Positions 9,511-19,246 of a DNA stretch of 64,000 nucleotides are shown in pieces (positions within the stretch are counted from its first letter, which is position 1; each line of letters opens with the position of its first letter). Below the pieces are notes generated by a model. It did no database searches. It saw only the letters and a program-made list of their open reading frames with translations, and had not been told where the DNA came from. Source of the DNA: a virus (lineage: Duplodnaviria; Heunggongvirae; Uroviricota; Caudoviricetes); the IMG/VR virus record IMGVR_UViG_3300032291_002057, positions 14,305 to 78,304 of that record; one strand, written 5' to 3'. Position numbers and translations under genes: made by a program.

Positions 9511-10364
9511 TGAAGAAAGTTTTAATTACAGGTTGTTCAGGCTACATTGGCAGTCATCTAAGTAAGATGCTAATGGATACATTACGATATGAAGTTCATG
9601 GATTAGATATACGTGAGCCCCAGTATCCAATGCATAGATTTTATCGGCAAGATATCAATAGATTATTTACCATTGATGAAGAATTTGATTGTGTGATTCA
9701 TTTGGCTGCACTAGTTCGTGTAGGTGAAAGTGAACAGCAACCAATCAGTTATTACATAACTAACTTGAATGGCACAATGAATATAGTAAACAAGATTAAA
9801 ACTAAAAACTTTATCTTTGCTAGCACAGGTGCCGCACAAGACTGTGAATCAACATATGGTATTAGTAAACGTGCGGCAGAAGATGTTGTTAAAGAATTTT
9901 GTACAATCCATCGACCAACACCATATACAATCTTTAGATTTTATAATGTTATCGGAAGCACCGTCGTGGCTCCCACTAACCCCGATGGATTAATGTACAA
10001 TTTAATGAAGGCACGTGATACTGGTGAATTTACTATTTTTGGTAATGATTATGCTACACGTGATGGTACTTGTGTCCGTGACTATGTACATGTCATGGAG
10101 ATATGTGACGCACTAAAACAAGCAATTGAAAAACCTAGCAATCAGATAGAATGTCTTGGGCATGGTGTAGGACATACTGTGGGTGAAATAGTTGATCTAT
10201 TCAGAAAAGTAAACAATATACCTAATATTGATTTGTTAACTAAAATAGGTCCAAGAAGAAAGGGTGACCTTGAAACGAGCGTACTCGCCAATGTATCACC
10301 CTATATGCGTAATCTCTATACTATAGAAGATTTGCTTAATGTTTCAACAATAGTGTCGAAATAA
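9510..10364 (+). CDS. NAD-dependent sugar epimerase/dehydratase (SDR family)
   Basis: N-terminal Rossmann motif VLITGCSGYIGSHL; catalytic Y-x3-K (YGISKRAAE); ~284 aa, typical of UDP-sugar 4-epimerase-like enzymes. Confidence 0.7.
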   Translation: MKKVLITGCSGYIGSHLSKMLMDTLRYEVHGLDIREPQYPMHRFYRQDINRLFTIDEEFDCVIHLAALVRVGESEQQPISYYITNLNGTMNIVNKIKTKNFIFASTGAAQDCESTYGISKRAAEDVVKEFCTIHRPTPYTIFRFYNVIGSTVVAPTNPDGLMYNLMKARDTGEFTIFGNDYATRDGTCVRDYVHVMEICDALKQAIEKPSNQIECLGHGVGHTVGEIVDLFRKVNNIPNIDLLTKIGPRRKGDLETSVLANVSPYMRNLYTIEDLLNVSTIVSK

Positions 10365-13029
10365 TATTAGAATCATTTGCACTGATATCACCTTCACCCG
10401 GTGCAACAATAACATTATACTTCATACCAGCAGGAATAGACTTGCGTTTTGCCATATACTCATTGTAATCTAATATAGAGTTAGCACTTAATCCATACTC
10501 TTTAGCAAGACGTTGTTTTAATTCAGGTAACTTGTCAGGTTGAACCTGCCATTGACCTTCTGCGCCCTTAACTAAGTTTTTCTTTTCATCCTTAACTAAC
10601 AAGTCTTGGAACAAGTTATCAGGAACAATACGACTATTCTTAGTTGTATCTAAATTAGTATCTTTAGCTTTAACTTGTTTTTCTTGTGCTGTATTAGCAC
10701 CTTCACTCCAGTTGATAATGAAGTTAGGTGGTTTGTTACCTAGTGCGGCTGCAGCCATCTTGGTATAAGCATAGAACTTAGTGTCAGGATGCTTTGCTGC
10801 CATCTTTAATGCTAAGTCTAAGTATTCTGGACTAAAGAAGTCACCAGCATCGTGCCAGCGAATAGTAGTTTGCCAACCCTTAGGAAACTTCTTGTCACCC
10901 TTTTGTCCTGCTGCCTCTTCTTTAGAAATTTCAGCACTTAGTTGATTGAAGAAACCATCTGGATCATTTAATAGATATGTCAAGATACGACCATCACTTT
11001 GCCATGCATTCTTAAATTGAATTTTACCACCCTTCATAGCAAAACAATCTATTTTACATGAACCAGCACCTGGGCATGTATTAACAATGATTAGTTTGTT
11101 TGTGTCTTCATCTAGTGCAATACCAGTTAGCGCAGCAAAGCCAACGTTAAAGAATTGTTCAAACTCTCCGTTACTATGCTTCATCTTTTCATTTTGCTTT
11201 AGTAATGCTTTAGGGCGCTGTGCTAGTGTTTTCTTAACAGCATCCTCATCGTATGTTGTACCATCAGGCCCTAAGTATTCAACTACACTACTACGATGAA
11301 TGTATGGCATTTTGTATCTGTCTGTTTTTGTTTTACCAGATACATATTTTTCAATACCCTTTTTGTCTATCTTAACATTACCTGCTTTGTCTGTATCAGG
11401 AGTACCAACAATACGTTTCATATAGTCTTGGAACTCGTCACCACCAAACTCACGGCTTTGTGCCGGTAGTTTAGTTGCTTCACCTAAGCCAGATAGTTTA
11501 CGGATTCTGTCTAAATGTTCTTGCCCTTCTGCCACACCTTGCTCAAGGCTTTCTTTGGGATTACCTCCCAAGCCATCTTGAGAGTGACTATAACTCGGAG
11601 GTTTGCCTGACGGGTAACTGAGTTCCGGTAATGCAGCAGTATAACCAGGAATTTTATTATTTTTTAGCATATCCAATACTGTTTGCGCTTGCCCCTTGAC
11701 TACTTTAATGAACCAAGTAGCAGGATATTTGTCACCGGTGAATTTTTCATTGGTAGCGCCATCTGTGTATCTAATCTCTGATGTGTTGATTCCCTGTTTT
11801 TTTAATTCGTCACTCAGCTTTTCTAGATTTACCTTTTCACCTTCCCTTGAGTTAGACCCACCATAATAACCAACTGTTGTTCCAGGAATCCATACTTGGT
11901 CGTTAGGGCTTACTTTAACCTTAAAACTGGTTAATTTATTAACCCCTTGCTTGACAGTATCAACTATTCCTTCTGCTACACCTTGCTGTTTATCGCCTTG
12001 ACGCCACCAATATGCGTTGTATTCTTTGCTGTCGTAGCCGGGTACTTTGGCATCACTACCGTGCTTGGCACGCCACTCACGCTTGAATGCGTTGTATTGC
12101 GTCATACCTTTGTCTTCTTCTAAAGAGCCTTCCGCCAGACCTTCTTCAAGATCGTTAATTGCAGCCGAATAAGCCTTTAACACATAATCTTCTATATCTG
12201 GGTGATTACCCCCTATAAACCAATCCATACCAAAGTTACTATTAGGTTGAGGATATATAGTAGCAACTAACCCATTACGAAATTCTAAAACCCAAGTATC
12301 ATCTTCTCCGGGTGGACCGAACGCAAACTCTAAATCTTTTTTAGATGTTCTTAGTGAACCTTGTCTTGTTGTCCTATGTGCCTTCATTTCGGGATCATCA
12401 CTAATGTTCATAACTTCAGTTGGATCAAATTTATCTAAATACCGTTTATCATATTTTGATCTACCAAGCATACCTTCACCTTCCGCCATAGCTTGCTCAC
12501 CTTTAATTGCTTGTAGCATTGCACGGGCAACTACACGGTCTTTTTCTTTTTCGTCTTCTGGTAATTGAGCATAATTCTTTTTCATCAACTCTGCACGTTG
12601 TTGAAGTTTTGCTTCTAATTTACCTGCGGCTTGCAACTTAGCAGTATCATCAAATTGTTTAGGGTTCTGCACAAATGCTTGTGCTGTCACATTCCAACCT
12701 TTGTGAATAGCATCACTGATTGCTTCAATGTCAGTAACACCTTTATCAATCATTTGTTTGGCAAAAGCGGCTGACTTCAAGTTGGCTTGCCAACCAAATG
12801 TATTACCTGGACTACTACGACCGTATCCATATGCTTTGTCTAATGCTTCATCACTGATGGTTGCCAATTGCTGTACGCTTAATTGTTGTCCTTGACCTTC
12901 ATCAACCTCTTCTTCACCAGGCATGTCACCAGCTTTAGCAACGAATTGTTGCGGAGTCATAATTTGGATACCCTTAGGGGCTCCGGGCATCGTTGGCTCT
13001 ACTCCCTCAAATAATTCTTTAAAGTTCAT
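10336..13029 (-). CDS. large hypothetical protein (897 aa; acidic N-terminus, Cys cluster CPGAGSCKIDC)
   Basis: Long uninterrupted minus-strand ORF with protein-like composition; no family recognised by eye. Confidence 0.6.
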   Translation of the reverse strand: MNFKELFEGVEPTMPGAPKGIQIMTPQQFVAKAGDMPGEEEVDEGQGQQLSVQQLATISDEALDKAYGYGRSSPGNTFGWQANLKSAAFAKQMIDKGVTDIEAISDAIHKGWNVTAQAFVQNPKQFDDTAKLQAAGKLEAKLQQRAELMKKNYAQLPEDEKEKDRVVARAMLQAIKGEQAMAEGEGMLGRSKYDKRYLDKFDPTEVMNISDDPEMKAHRTTRQGSLRTSKKDLEFAFGPPGEDDTWVLEFRNGLVATIYPQPNSNFGMDWFIGGNHPDIEDYVLKAYSAAINDLEEGLAEGSLEEDKGMTQYNAFKREWRAKHGSDAKVPGYDSKEYNAYWWRQGDKQQGVAEGIVDTVKQGVNKLTSFKVKVSPNDQVWIPGTTVGYYGGSNSREGEKVNLEKLSDELKKQGINTSEIRYTDGATNEKFTGDKYPATWFIKVVKGQAQTVLDMLKNNKIPGYTAALPELSYPSGKPPSYSHSQDGLGGNPKESLEQGVAEGQEHLDRIRKLSGLGEATKLPAQSREFGGDEFQDYMKRIVGTPDTDKAGNVKIDKKGIEKYVSGKTKTDRYKMPYIHRSSVVEYLGPDGTTYDEDAVKKTLAQRPKALLKQNEKMKHSNGEFEQFFNVGFAALTGIALDEDTNKLIIVNTCPGAGSCKIDCFAMKGGKIQFKNAWQSDGRILTYLLNDPDGFFNQLSAEISKEEAAGQKGDKKFPKGWQTTIRWHDAGDFFSPEYLDLALKMAAKHPDTKFYAYTKMAAAALGNKPPNFIINWSEGANTAQEKQVKAKDTNLDTTKNSRIVPDNLFQDLLVKDEKKNLVKGAEGQWQVQPDKLPELKQRLAKEYGLSANSILDYNEYMAKRKSIPAGMKYNVIVAPGEGDISANDSNIISTLLLKH

Positions 13030-13385
13030 TTCTTATTATTCCTAATATATTGTTCAGCAATCATTACTAATTCTTGTAATTGTTCTACACTCTCGCAGTT
13101 CCAACGGCGTAATGCCTTATTGATTGGGCTGTTAGGGTCTCGTTTAGTTTTAGCACTTGCACGTGACTTTTTCATGCCACTCATACGGGCACAGAATGAT
13201 TTGCGGCGTTTAGCGGCTTTACTACCCTTTTTCAACTTACTAGGTTTAGTAGTAACAGCAGTCTTTAGTTTACTGCCCGGATTCTCTCTACGATAGGCTT
13301 TTACCGCTTTACGGCTCATACCAGAGGTTTTGTCTTTTTTATTGACCTTTTGCCAATCTTCATTTATAATTTCATCTACTCTCAT
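13026..13385 (-). CDS. small highly basic (Lys/Arg-rich) protein, co-transcribed with the 897-aa gene
   Basis: ATGA-type overlap with the downstream gene; 119 aa, K/R-rich (possibly nucleic-acid binding or packaged). Confidence 0.5.
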   Translation of the reverse strand: MRVDEIINEDWQKVNKKDKTSGMSRKAVKAYRRENPGSKLKTAVTTKPSKLKKGSKAAKRRKSFCARMSGMKKSRASAKTKRDPNSPINKALRRWNCESVEQLQELVMIAEQYIRNNKK

Positions 13386-13402
13386 TTTAGTATCCTAAAT
13401 AG

Positions 13403-13431
13403 TTGACTTTATTGCGTAGGTGTGCTACACT
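13403..13431 (+). promoter_or_regulatory. sigma70-like promoter (TTGACT-17-TACACT) upstream of uvdE
   Basis: Hexamers with 17-nt spacing in the divergent intergenic region. Confidence 0.4.
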
Positions 13432-13460
13432 ATATCTATTATTTATCACTTTGGGCTTTT

Positions 13461-14477
13461 ATGTACACAAATCAGTTAGTCAAGCGTATTGGTTTTGCTT
13501 GCAAATGGGCAGAACTTAATCACAAAGGTGAGATTGTTTCAACTGAAGGACTTAATACAGGCGGTACTACTTATGCTTGGGCAAAGCGTAATAGTCGTAG
13601 TGTAGTAGAAGAAAAGATTATGGATGTTGCTAAACGTAACATCATCAATACACATGCATTGGTTAAAAAAGTTGCCTCACTAGAACCTGAACTACGCATG
13701 TTACGGTTAACCAGCGATATGTTTAGTTTTTATACAATGGATGAATATAAAGACTTTTGGAAAAGTAGTGATGTACAAAACAGTTTAGAACGTTGGATGG
13801 CACCAATTGGTGAAACTGCACGTGCCAATGATGTTCGCCTCAGCTTTCACCCTGACCAATTTGTAGTTTTAGCAAGTGATCGTCCTGAGGTAGTAAATAA
13901 GAGTATAGAGGAGTTTGAATATCATGCAGATATGGCCCGTTGGATGGGGTACGGTAAACAATTTCAAGACATTAAAATCAATGTCCACATCTCGGGTCGA
14001 GCCGGTCCAGAAGGTATCAGACAAGCCTATAAAAGACTCTCGCCAGAAGCAAGAAACGCACTTACAATCGAAAACGAGGAAATGACATATGACTTACACA
14101 CAGTATTACAAATTGCAGATTTGGTTCCAATTGTTATGGACATCCATCATCACTGGATCAACTGCGGCGAATACATTGAACCTACTGATGACCGTGTTAA
14201 AAAGGTTATTGATAGTTGGCGCGGTATTCGCCCTACTATGCACTACAGTGTATCTAGGGAAGATTGCCTTATTGAACACCCCAGTGACCAACGTCCCTCC
14301 CGTGATGCGTTGATGGAAAGTGGCCACAATAGGCAAAAATTACGTGCCCATAGTGATTACTTTTGGAATGATGCAGTGAACGATTGGGCATTGACATTTC
14401 GTGATAACTTTGATATCATGTGCGAGAGTAAAGGCAAAAACTTAGCTAGCTTTAAATTACTTGAATATGCCAACTGA
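13461..14477 (+). CDS. uvdE: UV damage endonuclease
   Basis: Colinear similarity to UvsE/Uve1: SFHPDQFVVLAS, INVHISG, TIENEEMTY, DIHHHW, HSDYF. ATG at 13461 chosen over GTG 13422, which lies inside the promoter. Confidence 0.85.
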   Translation: MYTNQLVKRIGFACKWAELNHKGEIVSTEGLNTGGTTYAWAKRNSRSVVEEKIMDVAKRNIINTHALVKKVASLEPELRMLRLTSDMFSFYTMDEYKDFWKSSDVQNSLERWMAPIGETARANDVRLSFHPDQFVVLASDRPEVVNKSIEEFEYHADMARWMGYGKQFQDIKINVHISGRAGPEGIRQAYKRLSPEARNALTIENEEMTYDLHTVLQIADLVPIVMDIHHHWINCGEYIEPTDDRVKKVIDSWRGIRPTMHYSVSREDCLIEHPSDQRPSRDALMESGHNRQKLRAHSDYFWNDAVNDWALTFRDNFDIMCESKGKNLASFKLLEYAN

Positions 14478-14940
14478 TAACAATTCTGCTAACGGTGTAC
14501 ATAGCTATGATAGCACTAGCACCGGGAAATTGATTCACTTCTTTAATAGAAATGTGAGTGAATATCCTACTGAGGCAGGAGGTCCAAAGTTTGATTTAGT
14601 CCCTGTTACTAAGCAGAAGGATTTAATGATTAATCATGCTAGGATGTATGCACAGCAAGAGTATGATCGTATTATGGAATTGGTTAAAGTTTTAGAGAAA
14701 CAAGCGCAAGATATTCAACGTAGGTTATCAATTACTGATGCCGTACATGCGGCTGAATATCAGTTTCAAATTGTTATGGGTAATTCATATTGGTTAGTAT
14801 GGGAACAACGAAAACAAAAAACGTTATTGGTCTTGTTAGGACCTAATGATTGGTGCACAGGCGTGCCAGAATTTTACGAGTATATCACTCAAGTTAAATA
14901 TATGGGTGATCATACATGGATGGAAATAAAAGAGGATTAA
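14461..14940 (+). CDS. hypothetical protein
   Basis: 159-aa ORF overlapping the uvdE end. Confidence 0.4.
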   Translation: MNMPTDNNSANGVHSYDSTSTGKLIHFFNRNVSEYPTEAGGPKFDLVPVTKQKDLMINHARMYAQQEYDRIMELVKVLEKQAQDIQRRLSITDAVHAAEYQFQIVMGNSYWLVWEQRKQKTLLVLLGPNDWCTGVPEFYEYITQVKYMGDHTWMEIKED

Positions 14941-14941
14941 T

Positions 14942-15391
14942 ATGGGAATATTTGATAAATGGTTTAATAAGAAGGCACCTTTGCCTGAACCAGTAAAACC
15001 ACCAGAGATGCCGAAGGTAAAGAAACCTCGCAAACCTAAAGAAAAAAAGATTCAATCTGTACATTCTGATAAGGAAAAAGCTATTCAAGAGGGCTTGCCC
15101 TATGTTAATATTTTAAAAATGGAAATTGATCCATATGATATTAACAGTGGTGCATTTGAACTTGATTTTAATGATAAGTTTGTGTTGAACTTAATACGTG
15201 CAGGATATAAGATACGTGATGATGACACTGATACAATCATTGTAGATCGTTGGTTCCAAACTGTATGTCGCAACGTTGCATTAGAACTATATGAGCAACA
15301 ACAAGCTGATCCTGAGAATCGGGCAATGGCTAGTGACATGCGAGTAGTAAAAGCTAAAGATTTAGGTAACGGACGTACAGAAGTAAGTTAA
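14942..15391 (+). CDS. hypothetical protein with basic PKKP-rich N-terminus
   Basis: 149-aa ORF immediately after the previous stop. Confidence 0.4.
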   Translation: MGIFDKWFNKKAPLPEPVKPPEMPKVKKPRKPKEKKIQSVHSDKEKAIQEGLPYVNILKMEIDPYDINSGAFELDFNDKFVLNLIRAGYKIRDDDTDTIIVDRWFQTVCRNVALELYEQQQADPENRAMASDMRVVKAKDLGNGRTEVS

Positions 15392-15472
15392 TAGTATTAA
15401 TTTTTTCGGTTGACTGCGTATATGTGTTATGTTACACTACGTTCTTCTTAAACAACTTTTTATAGGTTAACA

Positions 15473-16690
15473 ATGGCAGCGACTACACACAATCCCTTTC
15501 CGTTTGTATATGTAAAACCTAAAGCAGTTAAACTGTTGCGTCAAATTGTGCATCGATTGAAACGCAAAAAGGGTGAATACAATGAGGCAAGCATTGAAGA
15601 TCGGCTGAAACAATTATTTGACCCTAGTAATGGTTCTTGGCACAAGCATGTTGCAACACTCAATAAAAAGGGTACAAAATACAATCGTAAGTTGCGTTTA
15701 CAATTTGCAATGGTAAAATTACGAGATATTTTTATTGATGACGATATACAGCGTGATTTGGATATCAAACATCTTGTAAAAATTATGAACATTGCACGTT
15801 TCCGTGTAGAGTTTATGTCTGCAATTCAAGGTATTAAAGAAGTTGGCAAATGGCGATTCCATTCAACTAATGCACAACACACTGTAGTGATTGAAGCCGC
15901 ACTTGCTTATCATGGATTGTGGGACGGATATGATGGTGACTGGCAAGATTTAGAAGTGCCATTCACTTATATTGAAACAGATGACCGTTCTTTTGCACGC
16001 CAGCAATTTGATGTATTCAATGGCAAGTATTCTAAACCAATTGGTCCTTATGACAATCACAAGATTGAAGTATTGTCATATCGTGTTGACGGCAATCTGG
16101 AAACAGAATATAAACAAGCCGCTGAGTTGCAACAAATTTGTGAAGATAACGGCTATGAACCTTTGTCAGGTGATGAAGATGAAAATCGTGGTCATCCCAA
16201 ATGTATCTCACACGTTAGTGCAATGCGTAAGTACAAAGGTAAACCACAACATTGGGAATTCATTTTGAAAACTCATGCTAAGTATTGGCCTAATATTGAA
16301 CTTCATGGTATGGAAATTGACTTGTATGGTTTCTTGTATGAATACTTCAATGTCAAAATGAAATTTGATGTATATTCTAAGAAATTTGAAAAAGACTTTT
16401 TAGAACCATTTCATGCAGTCATTCAATCACTTTTCAGTTCTCCAGAAAACTTGAGTAGTGAAAGTGCTAACACATTCAAGCGATGGTATGCTAAAACATG
16501 GGATGTAACTGTTGATGAAGCAGATAATAAAGTTGAGGCGCAGGCATCGTTTGTTTTGTTGATGAAAATCTATCGTGAATTAGGCGGCACACAACAACTG
16601 CCTGATATCGTAGATTTGTATGACAATACAAAAGCAGGTAACTTGACTACATACTTATCTACTCCCGTCAAGAAAGCTATGAAGCCATGA
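15473..16690 (+). CDS. hypothetical protein (405 aa)
   Basis: Long ORF with protein-like composition; no family recognised. Confidence 0.45.
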   Translation: MAATTHNPFPFVYVKPKAVKLLRQIVHRLKRKKGEYNEASIEDRLKQLFDPSNGSWHKHVATLNKKGTKYNRKLRLQFAMVKLRDIFIDDDIQRDLDIKHLVKIMNIARFRVEFMSAIQGIKEVGKWRFHSTNAQHTVVIEAALAYHGLWDGYDGDWQDLEVPFTYIETDDRSFARQQFDVFNGKYSKPIGPYDNHKIEVLSYRVDGNLETEYKQAAELQQICEDNGYEPLSGDEDENRGHPKCISHVSAMRKYKGKPQHWEFILKTHAKYWPNIELHGMEIDLYGFLYEYFNVKMKFDVYSKKFEKDFLEPFHAVIQSLFSSPENLSSESANTFKRWYAKTWDVTVDEADNKVEAQASFVLLMKIYRELGGTQQLPDIVDLYDNTKAGNLTTYLSTPVKKAMKP

Positions 16691-17133
16691 GTGGATGTTT
16701 CTTTTACATCATTTTGACTGCTCATTACATTAAATATGGTGATGAGTTTGTTCAACTATTGGGGTATGGTATTACTATCAACCCCAAAAAACGTTCTAAG
16801 CAATATAGTGATCATTCAGGCACAGAGCAAGAGTTTTGTAGTTTGTATTTTGGATCCGTTTTACAAATTAAAGCACTTGAATCTATCATCAAACAACGGG
16901 TAGCAAGTAAAACACATAAAATTTACGGGGAGCCTGTTGAATGGATTAGCCCAAAAGCTAACATGAAAGTAGAAGAATTAATTCAATTGGTTAGTGATAC
17001 TATCAAAGAAGAAGGGTTTGACATTAGAGTAATTAAAGATGATTATTTGCCATTTAGTAACTTAGAACATCACCGAAAAGTTACTGTTAAAGAATTAAAG
17101 GAAAATCCAGATATGTATTTGGAAAAAAATTAA
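16687..17133 (+). CDS. hypothetical protein
   Basis: 148-aa ORF, ATGA overlap with upstream gene. Confidence 0.4.
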   Translation: MSGCFFYIILTAHYIKYGDEFVQLLGYGITINPKKRSKQYSDHSGTEQEFCSLYFGSVLQIKALESIIKQRVASKTHKIYGEPVEWISPKANMKVEELIQLVSDTIKEEGFDIRVIKDDYLPFSNLEHHRKVTVKELKENPDMYLEKN

Positions 17134-17134
17134 C

Positions 17135-17163
17135 TTGACATTAACTAAATATACGTATATAAT
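17135..17163 (+). promoter_or_regulatory. consensus sigma70 promoter (TTGACA-17-TATAAT) abutting the ATG at 17170 (leaderless transcript likely)
   Basis: Perfect hexamers; the -10 ends 6 nt before the start codon. Confidence 0.55.
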
Positions 17164-17169
17164 ACACAC

Positions 17170-18183
17170 ATGAAATACGCACTCATTGACACCGCAAATA
17201 CATTCTTCCGTGCTAGGCACGTTGCATCACGCAATAGTACCTTAGATGAAAAGATCGGCATGGCTCTACACTTGACACTTGCATCAGTCAATCAGGCTGT
17301 GCGTAAATATGGAATTGATCACGTAGTCTTTTGTTTAGAAGGTAGGTCGTTTCGCAAAGACTTGTATGCACCTTACAAAAAGAATCGTGTGGTCGATGCA
17401 CAATCAGTTACAGAGGCTGAAGCTGAGGAATCTAAAATGTTTTGGGAAACGTATGAAAAATTCACTACGTACATCAAGGAAAAGACCAATGTGTCTGTAC
17501 TAAGGCATGAACGTGCTGAGGCTGATGACATGATTGCCCGATTCATTCACTTACATCCAAATGACAATCACTGGATAATTTCAACAGATACGGATTATGA
17601 TCAACTCATAACTGAAAAAGTGGTACGCTACAATGGAGTAGGCAATGAACTTGTAACATTAAAGGGCTACTTTAAAGAAAATGGTAAGCCTGTTGTTGAC
17701 AAGAAAACTAAAGAGCCCAAACTATTAGAGGACCCTCAATACTTGCTATTCAAAAAATGTATGCGCGGTGATGCAAGCGATAATGTGTTTAGTGCATATC
17801 CCGGTGTACGTGAAAAAGGTAGCAAAAACAAAGTAGGACTTATGGAAGCATATGCTGACCGTAATAAACAGGGCTTTGATTGGAACAATCTGATGTTGCA
17901 ACGCTGGGTGGATCATGATAGTGTTGAGCATAGGGTACGTGAGGATTATGAACGTAACCGTAAATTAATTGATTTGACTGCACAGCCCCAAGATATCAAG
18001 GATGCAGTTGACGCACGTATCAAAGAGAGTGTCCGTATTGATACCATTCCACAAGTTGGAATTCATTTTATGAAATTTTGCGGAAAATATGAACTTACTA
18101 AAATTTCTGAACAAGCTGAGACTTATGCTAAGTGGCTTAATAGCCCATACAAAGGCACGTTACATGAATCACATACTGCATAG
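17170..18183 (+). CDS. 5'-3' exonuclease / flap endonuclease (RNase H-like, T4 rnh / T5 D15 type)
   Basis: N-terminal LIDTANTFFRA, acidic clusters (ADDMIARF, STDTDYDQL) and a PolI-type 5' nuclease layout. Confidence 0.8.
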   Translation: MKYALIDTANTFFRARHVASRNSTLDEKIGMALHLTLASVNQAVRKYGIDHVVFCLEGRSFRKDLYAPYKKNRVVDAQSVTEAEAEESKMFWETYEKFTTYIKEKTNVSVLRHERAEADDMIARFIHLHPNDNHWIISTDTDYDQLITEKVVRYNGVGNELVTLKGYFKENGKPVVDKKTKEPKLLEDPQYLLFKKCMRGDASDNVFSAYPGVREKGSKNKVGLMEAYADRNKQGFDWNNLMLQRWVDHDSVEHRVREDYERNRKLIDLTAQPQDIKDAVDARIKESVRIDTIPQVGIHFMKFCGKYELTKISEQAETYAKWLNSPYKGTLHESHTA

Positions 18184-18394
18184 ACAAATCTATTCTGGTC
18201 TATTTGAAATTCTCAAAGACAAAGAATTATATTACTACAGCACTGTAGGCAAAGAATATTGCCATTTAACTGAACCAGGGAGAGAGGCTGTAGCAACGTG
18301 GATTAACTTGATGGCATGGGAAATGCTTGAACTTGAAAAAGTAGAGTTAGATATTCGTGCCAAAAAACTAGTATGGGAAGAACTTAAAAAATGA
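18164..18394 (+). CDS. hypothetical protein
   Basis: Internal ATG of ORF 18089-18394, chosen to overlap the upstream gene end. Confidence 0.3.
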   Translation: MNHILHRQIYSGLFEILKDKELYYYSTVGKEYCHLTEPGREAVATWINLMAWEMLELEKVELDIRAKKLVWEELKK

Positions 18395-18582
18395 AATCAA
18401 TTACTCTTAATCGTAAACAAATTAACGACCTAATTCAAATGGTAACACATTTTAATGAGGTTGACGAATTCACAATTAAATGCGATAATTCAAGTGGAAT
18501 AGGTCCTGTAATTAGTGTGACCTTTAACTTGTTTAATAAAAATCCTACAACAGTAGATATCAGTGATGTAGAAAGTTGGTAA
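18391..18582 (+). CDS. hypothetical protein
   Basis: 63-aa ORF, ATGA overlap. Confidence 0.3.
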   Translation: MKSITLNRKQINDLIQMVTHFNEVDEFTIKCDNSSGIGPVISVTFNLFNKNPTTVDISDVESW

Positions 18583-18788
18583 TGAAGTTTAAAAAAATCA
18601 AGCAGGGTGAGGCTGACTTTTTAATGTCAGACGGCATCAAACTTGTACCCCGAGCATGTTTAGAAATTAGTAAAGACTGCTCACCCTATATGAAAAACGT
18701 TATTGCCGAAGCATCCCGAAGAGGATGGTTGAAATCAATTGCGTATGTTAAAGAAACAGATTTTATGTGGGAAGAATTAGCAAAATGA
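18576..18788 (+). CDS. hypothetical protein
   Basis: 70-aa ORF in an overlapping chain. Confidence 0.3.
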   Translation: MVMKFKKIKQGEADFLMSDGIKLVPRACLEISKDCSPYMKNVIAEASRRGWLKSIAYVKETDFMWEELAK

Positions 18789-19246
18789 AAAAGGTGTATT
18801 ATGAAAAAATTGGACGTCGGTATTATCCTGTATGTGAGTATGATAATGATCTTTTGGATAGTTTCCCTAAAGGTAATCACTTGGTCATGTGTTACCCCGG
18901 GGGACAATCCCGTAGGTTTAACGTGGAACCTAACTATGCCGCGTTGATTGCCGCTAGTCGTGTGGCCGAAGATGCAATCTGCCGAGCTATTAGCAAGGCC
19001 AGTGAGCTACGCCCAAAACAGACTCCCATTACTCCCAAGCAGAAAAAGGCCTGGGAAGCACTGGCAAAATCATTTGGTGATGACTTGTGTACCCTACATG
19101 GACTCAGTGTGCATGACTGTGCCGAAGCAGGAGTCAAGGCCATGCAAGATGAAGCAGAAAAATTAATGACTGTACCATCAGTTAAAAAAGCCTATGAACA
19201 TTTTCTATTAGTAGCAGAATTAACAAAGGAACAAAGCTATGATTGA
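18785..19246 (+). CDS. hypothetical protein
   Basis: Start taken at the ATGA overlap (MKKVYYEK...) inside track ORF 18767-19246. Confidence 0.35.
   Translation: MKKVYYEKIGRRYYPVCEYDNDLLDSFPKGNHLVMCYPGGQSRRFNVEPNYAALIAASRVAEDAICRAISKASELRPKQTPITPKQKKAWEALAKSFGDDLCTLHGLSVHDCAEAGVKAMQDEAEKLMTVPSVKKAYEHFLLVAELTKEQSYD

Noticed and set aside
13422-13460. GTG start extending uvdE by 13 codons
   Set aside because: It would start inside the -35/-10 promoter spacer; the ATG at 13461 aligns with the UvdE N-terminus.
18089-18163. Upstream portion of ORF 18089-18394
   Set aside because: Lies wholly inside the FEN gene in another frame; the start was moved to ATG 18164 at the gene junction.
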